NCBI GenBank assembly: GCA_963805085.1
Contig: CAWDTA010000001.1
Location: forward strand, 96,001 to 160,000
Reading direction: 5' to 3'
Origin: an uncultured Veillonellaceae bacterium
Lineage (GTDB): Bacteria; Bacillota; Negativicutes; JARBTT01
Length of the DNA: 64,000 nucleotides
Shown piece by piece: positions 39,135 through 48,944 of the stretch; position 1 is the first letter of the stretch, and the number at the start of each line of letters is the position of its first letter. The position numbers were made by a program, and so were the translations under genes. The notes beneath the pieces are model-generated. The model saw nothing but the letters and a program-made list of their open reading frames with translations, was not told the origin of the DNA and searched no databases.

Positions 39135-39406
39135 TTGCAGAGGAATAGTAGGATTTTTAAAGTCATCAGAGAGCTGTTGGGTGGTGAAAAACAGTGATGG
39201 AGAAGATTTGAACTCGCCTTGAAGTAGCTCGCTGAAATGAGAAGAGTAGGTGGAGACGGAGCCTAACCGTTAGCGTAGGAGGATATAAGACTTGAATTCG
39301 AGTCCGTATCTGTGAGAGTGCATACTATAATTGTAGTATGAATTAGAGTGGTAACACGTAAGATGTAAGTCTTTCGTCTCTTTGTGTAGAGATGGAAGGC
39401 TTTTTT
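39135..39406 (+). ncRNA. T-box riboswitch, Leu-specific
   Basis: AGTA motif, AGAGAG bulge, GGTGAAA loop, specifier GAA-CTC (CUC at 39213-15), T-box AATTAGAGTGGTAACACG (39341-58), terminator TCTTTCGTCTCT/AGAGATGGAAGG plus Ts. Confidence 0.93.
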
Positions 39407-39444
39407 GTTGTAATTTAAAGTTGATATGTGAGAGGATGTAAGAG

Positions 39445-41103
39445 ATGAAAAATTTTGAAAAGTATACAAGAGGATATTTCATGCCGCCAGTGGTCGACAT
39501 GAGTTGGACCCAGAAAGAATATGTGGATAAAGCACCAATGTGGTGTAGTGTAGATTTACGTGATGGCAATCAAGCCTTGATTATTCCAATGAATCTAGAG
39601 GAAAAAATCGAGTTCTTCAAATTTTTAGTGAAAATTGGTTTTAAAGAAATTGAAGTTGGTTTTCCTGCGGCTTCTGAAACAGAGTATGAGTTCGTCAGAA
39701 AATTAATTGAAGAAAATCTGATTCCAGATGATGTGACCATTCAAGTACTGACACAATCGCGAGAACATATCATCAAGAAAACTTTTGAAGCCTTAAAAGG
39801 GGCAAAGCAAGCTGTTGTGCATTTATACAATTCAACGTCCGTTGCGCAACGTGAACAAGTATTTAGAAAATCAAAAGAAGAAGTCATCGCCATTGCTGAA
39901 TTTGGCGCAAAATTATTAAATCAGTATGCAAAAGAATACCCAGGTAATTTTAGGTTCGAATATTCGCCAGAGAGCTTTACTGGAACAGAGATGGAATTTG
40001 CCTTAGAAATTAGTAATCGTGTATTAGATATTTGGCAGCCAACGTCAGCGAACAAGGTAATCATCAACTTACCAGCAACGGTTTCTATGTCCATGCCACA
40101 CGTATATGCAGCACAAATTGCTTACATGTCCAGCAATATGAAGTATCGTGAGGATGTGATTTTATCGTTGCATCCACATAATGATCGTGGCTGCGCTGTG
40201 GCTGATTCTGAAATGGGGCTGCTTGCAGGGGCTGATCGTATCGAAGGAACACTATTTGGCAATGGGGAGAGAACAGGTAATGCTGATATTGTAACCATTG
40301 CAATGAATATGTTCGCCCATGGCGTCAATCCAGAACTTGATTTTTCGAATATGCCAGAAATTATTAGCGTTTATGAAAGAATGACACGTATGACCGTCGG
40401 TGCTCGTCAACCATATGCAGGGGAACTTGTTTTCGCGGCCTTCTCTGGATCTCACCAAGATGCAATCGCCAAAGGAATGAAATGGCGTGAAGAAAAAGCT
40501 TGCGACGACTGGACGGTTCCTTACTTGCCAATTGACCCAAAAGATGTTGGGCGCCAGTACGATGGTGATGTGATTCGAATCAATAGCCAATCTGGTAAAG
40601 GTGGCATTGGTTACATCATGGAACAAAAATATGGCTTGGTGATGCCAGCGAAATTGCGTGAAGATTTTGGCTATGCAGTTAAGAATGTATCCGATCACAA
40701 TCATAAAGAATTAATGCCGGATGAAATATATGAGATTTTCCAAAAAGGCTATGTAAATATCGAAACGCCGATTAATGTTACCGATTACAATTTTGTGCGC
40801 AAAAACGGTATCTTTGAAGTTACAGCTAATTTCGTAGTAAATGGAGAAGAAAAAGTATTTGTTGCTACAGGAAATGGCCGTCTTGATGCCATTAGCAGCG
40901 TATTACAAGATGAATTGGGTATCAGATACACCAACTTGACTTATAGTGAGCATGCCTTAGAGCAAGGTTCGAAATCAAGAGCAGCTGCTTATATCAGTGT
41001 TGCTGGCGAAGATGGCAAAGTCGTATGGGGTGCAGGAATCGACAATGATATCATCACCGCATCTGTTAATGCATTGATTAGTGCGGTCAATAGAATGAAA
41101 TAA
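39445..41103 (+). CDS. leuA: 2-isopropylmalate synthase (LeuA type 2)
   Basis: SVDLRDGNQAL, LHPHNDRG, GNGERTGN, FSGSHQDAI; downstream of a Leu T-box. Confidence 0.96.
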   Translation: MKNFEKYTRGYFMPPVVDMSWTQKEYVDKAPMWCSVDLRDGNQALIIPMNLEEKIEFFKFLVKIGFKEIEVGFPAASETEYEFVRKLIEENLIPDDVTIQVLTQSREHIIKKTFEALKGAKQAVVHLYNSTSVAQREQVFRKSKEEVIAIAEFGAKLLNQYAKEYPGNFRFEYSPESFTGTEMEFALEISNRVLDIWQPTSANKVIINLPATVSMSMPHVYAAQIAYMSSNMKYREDVILSLHPHNDRGCAVADSEMGLLAGADRIEGTLFGNGERTGNADIVTIAMNMFAHGVNPELDFSNMPEIISVYERMTRMTVGARQPYAGELVFAAFSGSHQDAIAKGMKWREEKACDDWTVPYLPIDPKDVGRQYDGDVIRINSQSGKGGIGYIMEQKYGLVMPAKLREDFGYAVKNVSDHNHKELMPDEIYEIFQKGYVNIETPINVTDYNFVRKNGIFEVTANFVVNGEEKVFVATGNGRLDAISSVLQDELGIRYTNLTYSEHALEQGSKSRAAAYISVAGEDGKVVWGAGIDNDIITASVNALISAVNRMK

Positions 41104-41127
41104 AGGTAAAAGGTAGATGAAACGAAT

Positions 41128-41613
41128 ATGGAGCAAACCATGCTATTGCAAAAAATGATCGAATACTTTGCTGGTGATGCAAAACGTATCCAACATTTTA
41201 TCAAAGTACATAGCTTTGCAAAGATGATTGGACAGCTTGAAGAAATCGATGAAAAGCAGCAGCTGATTTTAGAAACTGCCGCGATTGTACATGATATTGG
41301 GATCAAAAATAGTGAAATCAAATACAAGAGCAGTGCGGGAAAATATCAAGAGATTGAAGGTCCGGCTCCAGCGAAAGCAATGTTACTCAAATTAGGCTAT
41401 GAAGATATAGTGATTGAGCGCGTTGGTTATCTCATTGCCCATCATCATACGTATGACAATATTGAAGGCAGTGATTATCAAATTCTAGTTGAAGCTGACT
41501 TCCTGGTAAATCTTTATGAAGACGGGGTTTCAGAAAATGCCGTTCAAACGGTGAAAAAGAATATTTTTAAAACTGCTAGTGGAACCAGATTGCTAACGAC
41601 GATGTATGCATGA
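41128..41613 (+). CDS. HD-domain metal-dependent phosphohydrolase
   Basis: RIQHF, AIVHDIG, IAHHH, EAD. Confidence 0.85.
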   Translation: MEQTMLLQKMIEYFAGDAKRIQHFIKVHSFAKMIGQLEEIDEKQQLILETAAIVHDIGIKNSEIKYKSSAGKYQEIEGPAPAKAMLLKLGYEDIVIERVGYLIAHHHTYDNIEGSDYQILVEADFLVNLYEDGVSENAVQTVKKNIFKTASGTRLLTTMYA

Positions 41614-41620
41614 AAATTTG

Positions 41621-41660
41621 GAGAGTATTGAAAAATGAAAAATTGCAATACTCTCTTTTT
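41621..41660 (+). terminator. intrinsic terminator
   Basis: GAGAGTATTG / CAATACTCTC followed by Ts. Confidence 0.65.
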
Positions 41661-41696
41661 CTTTACGACATTACAAAACTTTTTTTAAAAATACTA

Positions 41697-41725
41697 TTGA
41701 CATGTAACAGAATAACAACTATAAT
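41697..41725 (+). promoter_or_regulatory. consensus sigmaA promoter of the trp leader
   Basis: TTGACA-N17-TATAAT. Confidence 0.9.
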
Positions 41726-41748
41726 CAAATTAATTTCATACGAGCTAC

Positions 41749-42046
41749 AAAAGCTGTGAGCGGGAAAAGTACATATGTACACTAGAGTTCAGCGAGTCGG
41801 TGACTGATATTGATCAGAGGTGAGATGACCGACCTTCAAGCGCATATCGAATGGTCCTGTGAGTGTCCTTTGAAAACAAAGTAATTTGTGAGTAGGTGGG
41901 AACGGTTGCCTCCGTTATTGGGCTAGGGTATCGGATGTTGTTTATGATATTCCCGTACTTTATAGAGAAGATAATTTTATTATCTGAAATTAGGGTGGCA
42001 ACACGAATGCATTTCGTCCCTTGGTGGGGGTGAAGTGTTTTTTTAT
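41749..42046 (+). ncRNA. T-box riboswitch, Trp-specific (complete unit)
   Basis: AAAAGTA motif, AGCGAG bulge, GGTGAGA loop, specifier GAA-TGG (41852-54), T-box AATTAGGGTGGCAACACG (41988-42005), terminator CATTTCGTCCC/GGGGGTGAAGTG plus Ts. Confidence 0.93.
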
Positions 42047-42065
42047 TTCTCACATGTATTTCAGA

Positions 42066-42160
42066 ATAATAACGTTATTAAATTAGGGTGGTACAGCGAA
42101 AACCATTTCGCCCCTATATATCAATTGATCTTGGTATATGGGCGGAATGGTTTTTTTTAT
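42066..42160 (+). ncRNA. second T-box antiterminator/terminator module without its own Stem I
   Basis: Small hairpin AATAACGTTATT, then AATTAGGGTGGTACAGCG (42081-98), then terminator AACCATTTCGCCC/GGGCGGAATGGTT plus Ts. Confidence 0.85.
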
Positions 42161-42191
42161 TTTATAAATGAGGATTTAGGAGGAATTTATA

Positions 42192-43202
42192 ATGTTAAAA
42201 CAATATTTAAGCCAATTGACAGAAGGTAAAGATTTAAATCAGCAGCAGGCAATTGCGGCGATGAATATCATTATGGAAGGAAACGCAACGGAGGCGCAGA
42301 TCGGATCATTTTTAACACTCTTGAAGATGAAAGGCGAAACGATTGAGGAAATTGCTGGTTTTGCCCAAACATTGCTGGATCATGCCGATAGAGTAAAACA
42401 CAGTAAACCGGTAATTTGTCCGTGCGGTACGGGTGGCGATACAAAAGGGACTTTTAATGTATCAACGGCAGTATCGTTTGTCCTTGCTGGCGGTGGGGTA
42501 TCCGTAGCAAAGCATGGCAATCGCAGTGTATCAAGCACTTGCGGCAGTGCTGATGTTTTAGCAGCACTTGGGGTAAATGTGGATCAACCGGCAGCTAAAG
42601 TAAGTAAGGAAATTGAAGATATCGGCATCGGATTTTTATTTGCACCTACGCTCAATAAAGCAATGCGTTTTGTTGCTAAACCGCGCAAGGAACTTGGTTT
42701 TAGAACAGTATTTAACATGCTTGGCCCGATTATCAATCCAGCGCATTTGGATTATCAACTGGTTGGTATCTATGATGCGAATTTAACGGAAAAAGTTGCG
42801 GAAGTATTGAAAAATGTCGGCGTAAAACAAGCAATGGTTATTCATAGTGATGATGGGATGGATGAAATTTCAACGCATACAGAAACAAAGGTTTCAGAGC
42901 TTAGAGATGGTGTAGTGAAAACATATAAAATCAATCCAGTCGATTATGGTTTTGCAGCCGGTTCTCTTGATGAATATAAAGGCGGTGAACCCGCAGTGAA
43001 TGCGGCAATTATTTATGATTTATTTAACGGTGTAAAAGGGGCGAAGCGCGATATTGTGTTGATGAATGCAGGTGCTGGTTTTTACATCGCAGGTCAAACA
43101 ACGACAATTGCTGAAGGAATTAAATTGGCTGAAGAAGTCATCGATAAAGGCCTAGCTTTAGAAAAATTAAATGCATTGGTTAATATTAGTAATGCGGGGT
43201 GA
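42192..43202 (+). CDS. trpD: anthranilate phosphoribosyltransferase
   Basis: CGTGGD..GTFNVST, KHGNRSVSSTCGSAD, DGMDE. Confidence 0.96.
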   Translation: MLKQYLSQLTEGKDLNQQQAIAAMNIIMEGNATEAQIGSFLTLLKMKGETIEEIAGFAQTLLDHADRVKHSKPVICPCGTGGDTKGTFNVSTAVSFVLAGGGVSVAKHGNRSVSSTCGSADVLAALGVNVDQPAAKVSKEIEDIGIGFLFAPTLNKAMRFVAKPRKELGFRTVFNMLGPIINPAHLDYQLVGIYDANLTEKVAEVLKNVGVKQAMVIHSDDGMDEISTHTETKVSELRDGVVKTYKINPVDYGFAAGSLDEYKGGEPAVNAAIIYDLFNGVKGAKRDIVLMNAGAGFYIAGQTTTIAEGIKLAEEVIDKGLALEKLNALVNISNAG

Positions 43203-43834
43203 GTCCAGTGCTTATTAAAATTTGTGGAATTCAATCGCTGGAAATCGCACAAACAGTTGCACAAAATGGTGCAGATTTCATGGGCTTTATCTTCGCCCCA
43301 AGTAGACGTTATATCGCACCAGAAAAAGCGGCCCAGATTAGTCAGCAGATTGGTTGTATAAAAAAAGTTGGCGTATTTGTGAATGAAGCAGTCGATCAGG
43401 TAAATGAAATTGCAGGGCAATGCAATTTGGATTATGTGCAATTGCACGGGGATGAAACGCCAGCGTATTGCAAAGAAATCAACTATCCGATCATCAAAGC
43501 GTTTCGTTATAATGAAGAATTTGATAGCCGTACTGTCAATCAATATGACGTTGACATGGTGCTCATCGATAGCTATCAAGTAGGTAAAGCTGGTGGAACC
43601 GGAAAAACCTTTTCTTGGCAGGAAGCTAAGCAAAGGTTTCGTGAGATTAAGTCACCGATATTGGTGGCTGGTGGCTTAACGATAGGTAATGTAAAAGAAG
43701 CAGTTCAAGTATTGTTGCCAATGGGAATTGATGTTTCTGGTGGCGTTGAAATAAGCGGAGAAAAATCAGTAGAACAAATTAAAAAATTTCTAGCGTATGC
43801 AAGATCGCTAGAACGGGGGAATGCAGAATGTTAG
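43199..43834 (+). CDS. trpF: phosphoribosylanthranilate isomerase
   Basis: KICGI, VQLHGDE, GGTGKTF, AGGL, DVSGGVE. Confidence 0.95.
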   Translation: MSPVLIKICGIQSLEIAQTVAQNGADFMGFIFAPSRRYIAPEKAAQISQQIGCIKKVGVFVNEAVDQVNEIAGQCNLDYVQLHGDETPAYCKEINYPIIKAFRYNEEFDSRTVNQYDVDMVLIDSYQVGKAGGTGKTFSWQEAKQRFREIKSPILVAGGLTIGNVKEAVQVLLPMGIDVSGGVEISGEKSVEQIKKFLAYARSLERGNAEC

Positions 43835-44586
43835 ATGCAATTATGGCAAAGAAAAAAATTGAGGTCGAAAATGACAGAACAAAAATGCCTTTATATGAAT
43901 TGAAAAAAGATTTGCAAGTTGGCAATTTTGCAATGTCTCGGCAAATGCGTAAAGCACCTTGGAGCTTAATTGCGGAATGCAAACTTCAATCGCCGGCAAA
44001 AGGCAGACTTTGTACAAAATACACCGTGCCAGAGCTGGCAAAGATTTACCAAGCTCATGGAGCAACAGCGTTATCCGTACACACGGATCGACATTTTTTA
44101 GGGCAACTTGGTGATATCGCTAGAGTGAAAGCAGTGGTCGATTTACCAGTGTTACGAAAGGATTTCATTCTTGATGAATATCAAATTTATCAAGCGAGAA
44201 AAGCGGGTGCAGATGCGGTGCTCTTAATCGCACGTATTTTATCACCAGCGCAATTAAAGGAATATGTTTATACGACTTGGGGCTTAGGCATGGATTGCTT
44301 AATTGAGGTTCATAGTGAAGCTGAAATAAAAGCCGCGCTTGATACACCAGCGGAACTCATTGGGATCAATAACCGTAACCTTCAAAATTTTACGACCGAT
44401 ATTCAAAATACAATTGACTTGATTGAGTTTTGTGATAAGAATCGTACGATTATCAGTGAAAGTGGAATTTATGGAGCCAAAGATGTTGAGAGATTAAAAA
44501 AGGTCGGTGTAAGAGGTATCTTAGTTGGTGAAGGGTTGGTAAAAGCAGAAGATGTTGGTGTGAAAACGCGCGAGCTTGTGGGATAG
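43828..44586 (+). CDS. trpC: indole-3-glycerol phosphate synthase
   Basis: IAECK..SPAKG, LRKDFI, GINNRNL, SESGI. Confidence 0.95.
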   Translation: MLDAIMAKKKIEVENDRTKMPLYELKKDLQVGNFAMSRQMRKAPWSLIAECKLQSPAKGRLCTKYTVPELAKIYQAHGATALSVHTDRHFLGQLGDIARVKAVVDLPVLRKDFILDEYQIYQARKAGADAVLLIARILSPAQLKEYVYTTWGLGMDCLIEVHSEAEIKAALDTPAELIGINNRNLQNFTTDIQNTIDLIEFCDKNRTIISESGIYGAKDVERLKKVGVRGILVGEGLVKAEDVGVKTRELVG

Positions 44587-44629
44587 TAACAGTAATTAAA
44601 TTTAAAAAAAATTTTTGGAGGAAATGATT

Positions 44630-45814
44630 ATGCCTGATAAAAATGGACGTTTTGGAGCTTTTGGTGGACAGTATGTTCCGGAAACAGTAATGCCGGTTCT
44701 TATGGAGCTGCAAGAAGCTTATGCGAAGTATAAAGAAGAACCTGAATTTAAAGCTGAGGTTGATGGATATTTAAAAGAATATGCTGGTCGTCCAACGAAA
44801 TTATATTATGCAGAACGCTTGACGAAGCATTATGGTAAAGCAAAGATTTATTTAAAACGCGAGGATTTATTGCATACAGGTGCACATAAAATCAACAATG
44901 CCTTGGCGCAAGCTGTACTAGCAAAAAAAATGGGTAAAAAACGTATCGTGGCTGAAACGGGTGCTGGTCAGCATGGTGTTGCTTGTGCGACCGTTGCGGC
45001 ACTGTTTGGTATGGAGTGCTGTGTGTTTATGGGGGAAGAAGACATTCGTCGTCAGTCCCTTAATGTATTTAGAATGCGGTTACTTGGTTCCAAAGTGATT
45101 CCGGTTACAAGTGGTACTGGAACGCTCAAGGATGCAACCAGTGAAGCGATTCGTTACTGGGCTTCCAATATTACCGATACGCATTATATCATCGGCTCCG
45201 TCGTTGGACCACATCCTTACCCAATGATTGTGCGTGACTTCCAAGCGGTGATTGGTGAAGAAATCAAAGCACAGGTAAAAGCAAACAATGTGAATTTGAA
45301 ATATGTAGTTGCTTGTGTAGGCGGCGGTAGTAATGCAATGGGTACGTTTTATCCGCTTAAAGATGATAAAGCGGTAATAAAGATCGGTGTTGAAGCTGCT
45401 GGTCGCAGTGATAAAGAAGGCGATCATGCAAAATCTTTGACATTAGGTCGTCCCGGCGTATTGCATGGTGCCTATAGTTATCTTTTGCAGACGGATGATG
45501 GGCAAGTGGTTGAAGCGTATTCCATTTCAGCAGGTCTTGATTATCCAGGTGTTGGACCAGAGCATTCTTATTTTAAAGATAGCGGTATTGTAAAATATGT
45601 TGCAGTAGATGATAAAGAGGCGCTTGATGCTTTTCAATTGTTATCGAGAACAGAAGGAATTATTCCAGCGGTAGAAAGCTCGCATGCGTTAGCTTATTTA
45701 GAAAAGTTGATGCCTACGACAAAAGAAGATGAAGCAGTGGTAGTTTGCTTGTCCGGTCGTGGCGATAAAGATGTACAGATGGTGGCATCGATATTAGGGG
45801 AGGATTTAAAATAA
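44630..45814 (+). CDS. trpB: tryptophan synthase beta chain
   Basis: [10 protein letters not shown] (PLP Lys), [24 protein letters not shown]; ATG 44630 after GGAGG. Confidence 0.97.
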   Translation: MPDKNGRFGAFGGQYVPETVMPVLMELQEAYAKYKEEPEFKAEVDGYLKEYAGRPTKLYYAERLTKHYGKAKIYLKREDLLHTGAHKINNALAQAVLAKKMGKKRIVAETGAGQHGVACATVAALFGMECCVFMGEEDIRRQSLNVFRMRLLGSKVIPVTSGTGTLKDATSEAIRYWASNITDTHYIIGSVVGPHPYPMIVRDFQAVIGEEIKAQVKANNVNLKYVVACVGGGSNAMGTFYPLKDDKAVIKIGVEAAGRSDKEGDHAKSLTLGRPGVLHGAYSYLLQTDDGQVVEAYSISAGLDYPGVGPEHSYFKDSGIVKYVAVDDKEALDAFQLLSRTEGIIPAVESSHALAYLEKLMPTTKEDEAVVVCLSGRGDKDVQMVASILGEDLK

Positions 45815-46605
45815 TGACACGTTTAAGCGATAAATTAGAATCTATGCGTAAAGCAGGTAAAAAAGCTTTATTTATTTATATCACAGCGGGTGCACCAGAT
45901 TTTCAAACGACGGTAGAAGCCATCAAAGCAGCGGAAAAAGCAGGGGCTGACGTTATCGAAATCGGCATGCCATTTTCCGATCCGATCGCCGATGGACCTG
46001 TGATTCAGGAGGCTTCGGTGATTGCTTTGAAAAATGGAGCGACGATGAAAAAAATCTTGGGATTGATTAAAGAGTTACGGGAGTTTACCAAGATTCCACT
46101 TGTGGGAATGGGATATATCAATAATATTTTGACGTATGGTGTGGAAAAGTTTATTGGTGATTTTAAAGATGCTGGTCTTGATGGTATGATTATTCCAGAC
46201 TTACCACATGAAGAATCCGCCGATATGCGTGCAGTATGCAAACAAGCCGACTTTCATCTCATTGAATTTGTAACGCCGAATACGATTCCAGCTAGAATCA
46301 AGGAAACTTGTTTGAGTGCAGATGGTTTTATCTATTGCGTATCCGTGAATGGGGTTACAGGTGTTCGGGCAATTGATTATTCCGTGATCAATGACATAGC
46401 AAAATTGGTACGTGAGGAAACAAGTGTACCGCTCGCAGTTGGCTTTGGTATTGGTTCCCCCGAGGCAGCACTTGCAGCAAGTGAAGTCGCCGATGCCGTT
46501 ATTGTTGGTAGTGCAGTCGTGAAAAAAATATTGGAAAAAGATATCGCAGGGGCTAGTGAATTAATTGCAGCCATTCGCACGGCGTTAGATGAAAGGGTGA
46601 AGTGA
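45814..46605 (+). CDS. trpA: tryptophan synthase alpha chain
   Basis: EIGMPFSDPIADGPVIQ, GVTG, VGFGI. Confidence 0.97.
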   Translation: MTRLSDKLESMRKAGKKALFIYITAGAPDFQTTVEAIKAAEKAGADVIEIGMPFSDPIADGPVIQEASVIALKNGATMKKILGLIKELREFTKIPLVGMGYINNILTYGVEKFIGDFKDAGLDGMIIPDLPHEESADMRAVCKQADFHLIEFVTPNTIPARIKETCLSADGFIYCVSVNGVTGVRAIDYSVINDIAKLVREETSVPLAVGFGIGSPEAALAASEVADAVIVGSAVVKKILEKDIAGASELIAAIRTALDERVK

Positions 46606-46606
46606 C

Positions 46607-48106
46607 ATGCATTTTTTACCGAGTAAGGAAAAGTTTATCAAGCAGGTAACAGCGGCAAATTTTGTTGCTGTGTCCGCTGAGATTTCTACAGATATGGAAA
46701 CACCGGTTTCGCTTTATTATAAATTGGTAGGAAATGAGATCGGTTTTATCTTTGAAAGCGTTGATACAAATAAAAATTTCGGGCGATTTTCTTTTATTGG
46801 CGCAGAGCCGTTTGCGCAGCTTAAAGTGTATAAGAATCATGCTGATATTATAGAAGGAAAAAATCATACGATACTAAAAGGTGCACCAGTAGATACAGTA
46901 AAAGCGTATATGGCACAGTATCAGATTCCTGATGCTGTTGCAGAACTGCCGTTACTAAATGGTGGAGCGATTGGCTACTTTGCTTATGAATCTATTGGAA
47001 CCTTTGAGCGAATTCGTGGACTGGAAATTCCAGACGATATGGTATTGAGTGAATTTTTACTTTGTCGCATACTCGTGGTGATGGATCATTTAAAACATAC
47101 ATCAAAGTTGATTTGCTTGTCACAACTGACAAAAACGGCAAACGCTGCTGTAGTCTATGAAGGCATGATCGATAAGTTAAAAGCAGTTTATAAAAAATTG
47201 AAACAGGCAGTAGTGCCAATTGCCGTAGTGACTGAGCAGCAGACGGCAAAACATAAACAGAGTTTTGAAGAACGGTTTGGTAAACTTAATAAAGAGTATA
47301 TGGATAAAGTGGTTGCCGCTAAGAAATACATTGTAGCGGGCGATATTTTTCAAATTGTACCATCACATCAATTCCAATGTAAAATCAATAAACCACCGTT
47401 TTATCTTTATCGCCGCTTGCGGCAGATCAATCCATCACCCTATATGTTTTACATCAATTTTGGGCAGCGTAAGCTGATTGGTTCCTCGCCTGAAATGCTA
47501 GTGAAAGTTAGCGGAGATACCGTTTATACCTATCCCATTGCTGGTACAAGAAAACGTGGTAAAGATGCAGTGGAAGATAAAATACTGAGTGAAGATTTAT
47601 TAGCGGATACGAAAGAATGTGCAGAACATGCCATGCTCGTTGATTTAGGTCGCAATGATATTGGTCGGATCAGTAAACCGGGAACAGTGGAAGTAACAAA
47701 ACTGATGCAAATTGAAAAATTCTCGCATGTTATGCATATGGTATCTGAAGTGAAGGGGACAGTCAAAGCTGATTATATGGCACTTGATGTACTGAAAGCA
47801 TGCTTCCCGGCAGGAACAGTAAGCGGTGCGCCAAAAGTGCGGGCGATGGAAATTATCAATGAACTTGAAACGACCGATCGCAGTACCTATGCAGGTTGTA
47901 CTGGATATATCGATTTTAACGGCAATATGGATATGTGTATTACCATTCGCACGATTCGGGTCGATGGGGATACCGCCTTTATTCAAGCAGGTGGTGGAAT
48001 CGTTGCTGATTCAGTGCCAGAAACAGAATATCGTGAAATTTTGCAAAAGGCGCAAGTACTATTCCAAGTGATAGAGGAGGTAGAAGACGATGATTTTATT
48101 AATTGA
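46607..48106 (+). CDS. trpE: anthranilate synthase component I
   Basis: IFES and NPSPYM feedback motifs, PIAGT, EHAMLVDLGRND, GAPKVRAM. Confidence 0.93.
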   Translation: MHFLPSKEKFIKQVTAANFVAVSAEISTDMETPVSLYYKLVGNEIGFIFESVDTNKNFGRFSFIGAEPFAQLKVYKNHADIIEGKNHTILKGAPVDTVKAYMAQYQIPDAVAELPLLNGGAIGYFAYESIGTFERIRGLEIPDDMVLSEFLLCRILVVMDHLKHTSKLICLSQLTKTANAAVVYEGMIDKLKAVYKKLKQAVVPIAVVTEQQTAKHKQSFEERFGKLNKEYMDKVVAAKKYIVAGDIFQIVPSHQFQCKINKPPFYLYRRLRQINPSPYMFYINFGQRKLIGSSPEMLVKVSGDTVYTYPIAGTRKRGKDAVEDKILSEDLLADTKECAEHAMLVDLGRNDIGRISKPGTVEVTKLMQIEKFSHVMHMVSEVKGTVKADYMALDVLKACFPAGTVSGAPKVRAMEIINELETTDRSTYAGCTGYIDFNGNMDMCITIRTIRVDGDTAFIQAGGGIVADSVPETEYREILQKAQVLFQVIEEVEDDDFIN

Positions 48107-48659
48107 TAATTATGATTCTTTTACCTATAATGTGTATCAATTGGTTGCCAATATGGGGCGGGAAATCGAAGTCATTCGCAATGATCAGATTACCGTGGCT
48201 GAAATTGCTAGTCGTAACTATGAAGCAATTATCATTTCGCCAGGTCCAGGTACACCGAAAGATGCTGGGATCTGCCTTGAAGTCGTAACGACTTTGGCGG
48301 GTAAAGTACCGATTTTCGGGATCTGTTTAGGACATCAAGTCATTGGTGAAGTTTTTGGTGGTAAGGTTGTCTTAGCACCTCAGCCAATCCATGGCAAGGT
48401 TTCGAAAATCAAGCATAGTGGTATTGGTGTTTATCAAGGTTTGGAGCAAGAGCTACCAATCGGACGTTATCATTCCTTGATTGTAGAACGTGAATCTTTG
48501 CCAACATGCTTAGAAATAACCTCAGAAACCCACGATGGTATTATCATGGGGATAAAACATAAAGAGTACAAAATTGAAGGGGTACAGTTTCATCCAGAAT
48601 CTATTCTTACGCCAAACGGAGCGAAAATCTTGGAAAACTTTCTACTTACGATCAATTGA
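48090..48659 (+). CDS. trpG: anthranilate synthase component II (glutamine amidotransferase)
   Basis: IDNYDSFT, SPGPG, GICLGHQ, QFHPES. Confidence 0.93.
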   Translation: MILLIDNYDSFTYNVYQLVANMGREIEVIRNDQITVAEIASRNYEAIIISPGPGTPKDAGICLEVVTTLAGKVPIFGICLGHQVIGEVFGGKVVLAPQPIHGKVSKIKHSGIGVYQGLEQELPIGRYHSLIVERESLPTCLEITSETHDGIIMGIKHKEYKIEGVQFHPESILTPNGAKILENFLLTIN

Positions 48660-48662
48660 AAT

Positions 48663-48706
48663 AAAAAATCAGCTCTTGCAAACTGAATTTGCAAGAGCTG
48701 ATTTTT
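48663..48706. terminator. bidirectional terminator
   Basis: AAAAATCAGCTCTTGCAAA / TTTGCAAGAGCTGATTTTT between trpG and the convergent small ORF. Confidence 0.85.
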
Positions 48707-48711
48707 GTTCG

Positions 48712-48831
48712 TTACCAAAAATCTGAGGAGCAGGCATCACCATTATTACAGCAAGCAAACAATAGAATGATAATGATGATAATAATCCAAGCTCCACCAC
48801 CGTTAAAACCACCGAAATTACCACAACTCAT
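48712..48831 (-). CDS. 39-aa Gly/Cys-rich single-TM peptide, probable small spore protein (not in ORF track)
   Basis: MSCGNFGGFNGGGAWIIIIIIILLFACCNNGDACSSDFW; RBS GAAAGGAG 7 nt before ATG; own promoter candidate and terminator. Confidence 0.75.
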   Translation of the reverse strand: MSCGNFGGFNGGGAWIIIIIIILLFACCNNGDACSSDFW

Positions 48832-48915
48832 AAGAACTCTCCTTTCATAGCAGAACACTGCCAGAGATTTAAATAGAAGGCAAGGTTCGTAAGTATTTAT
48901 CTAGCTGTACAATGA

Positions 48916-48944
48916 TATGTTATGAATTGATGATAAAAATGGTG
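48916..48944 (-). promoter_or_regulatory. sigmaK-like sporulation promoter
   Basis: Minus strand reads CACC-N16-CATAACATA, matching MACM-N16-CATANNNTA. Confidence 0.55.

Noticed and set aside
42035-42229. 64-aa ORF as a trp leader peptide
   Set aside because: No RBS and only one Trp codon; the region is explained by the T-box modules.
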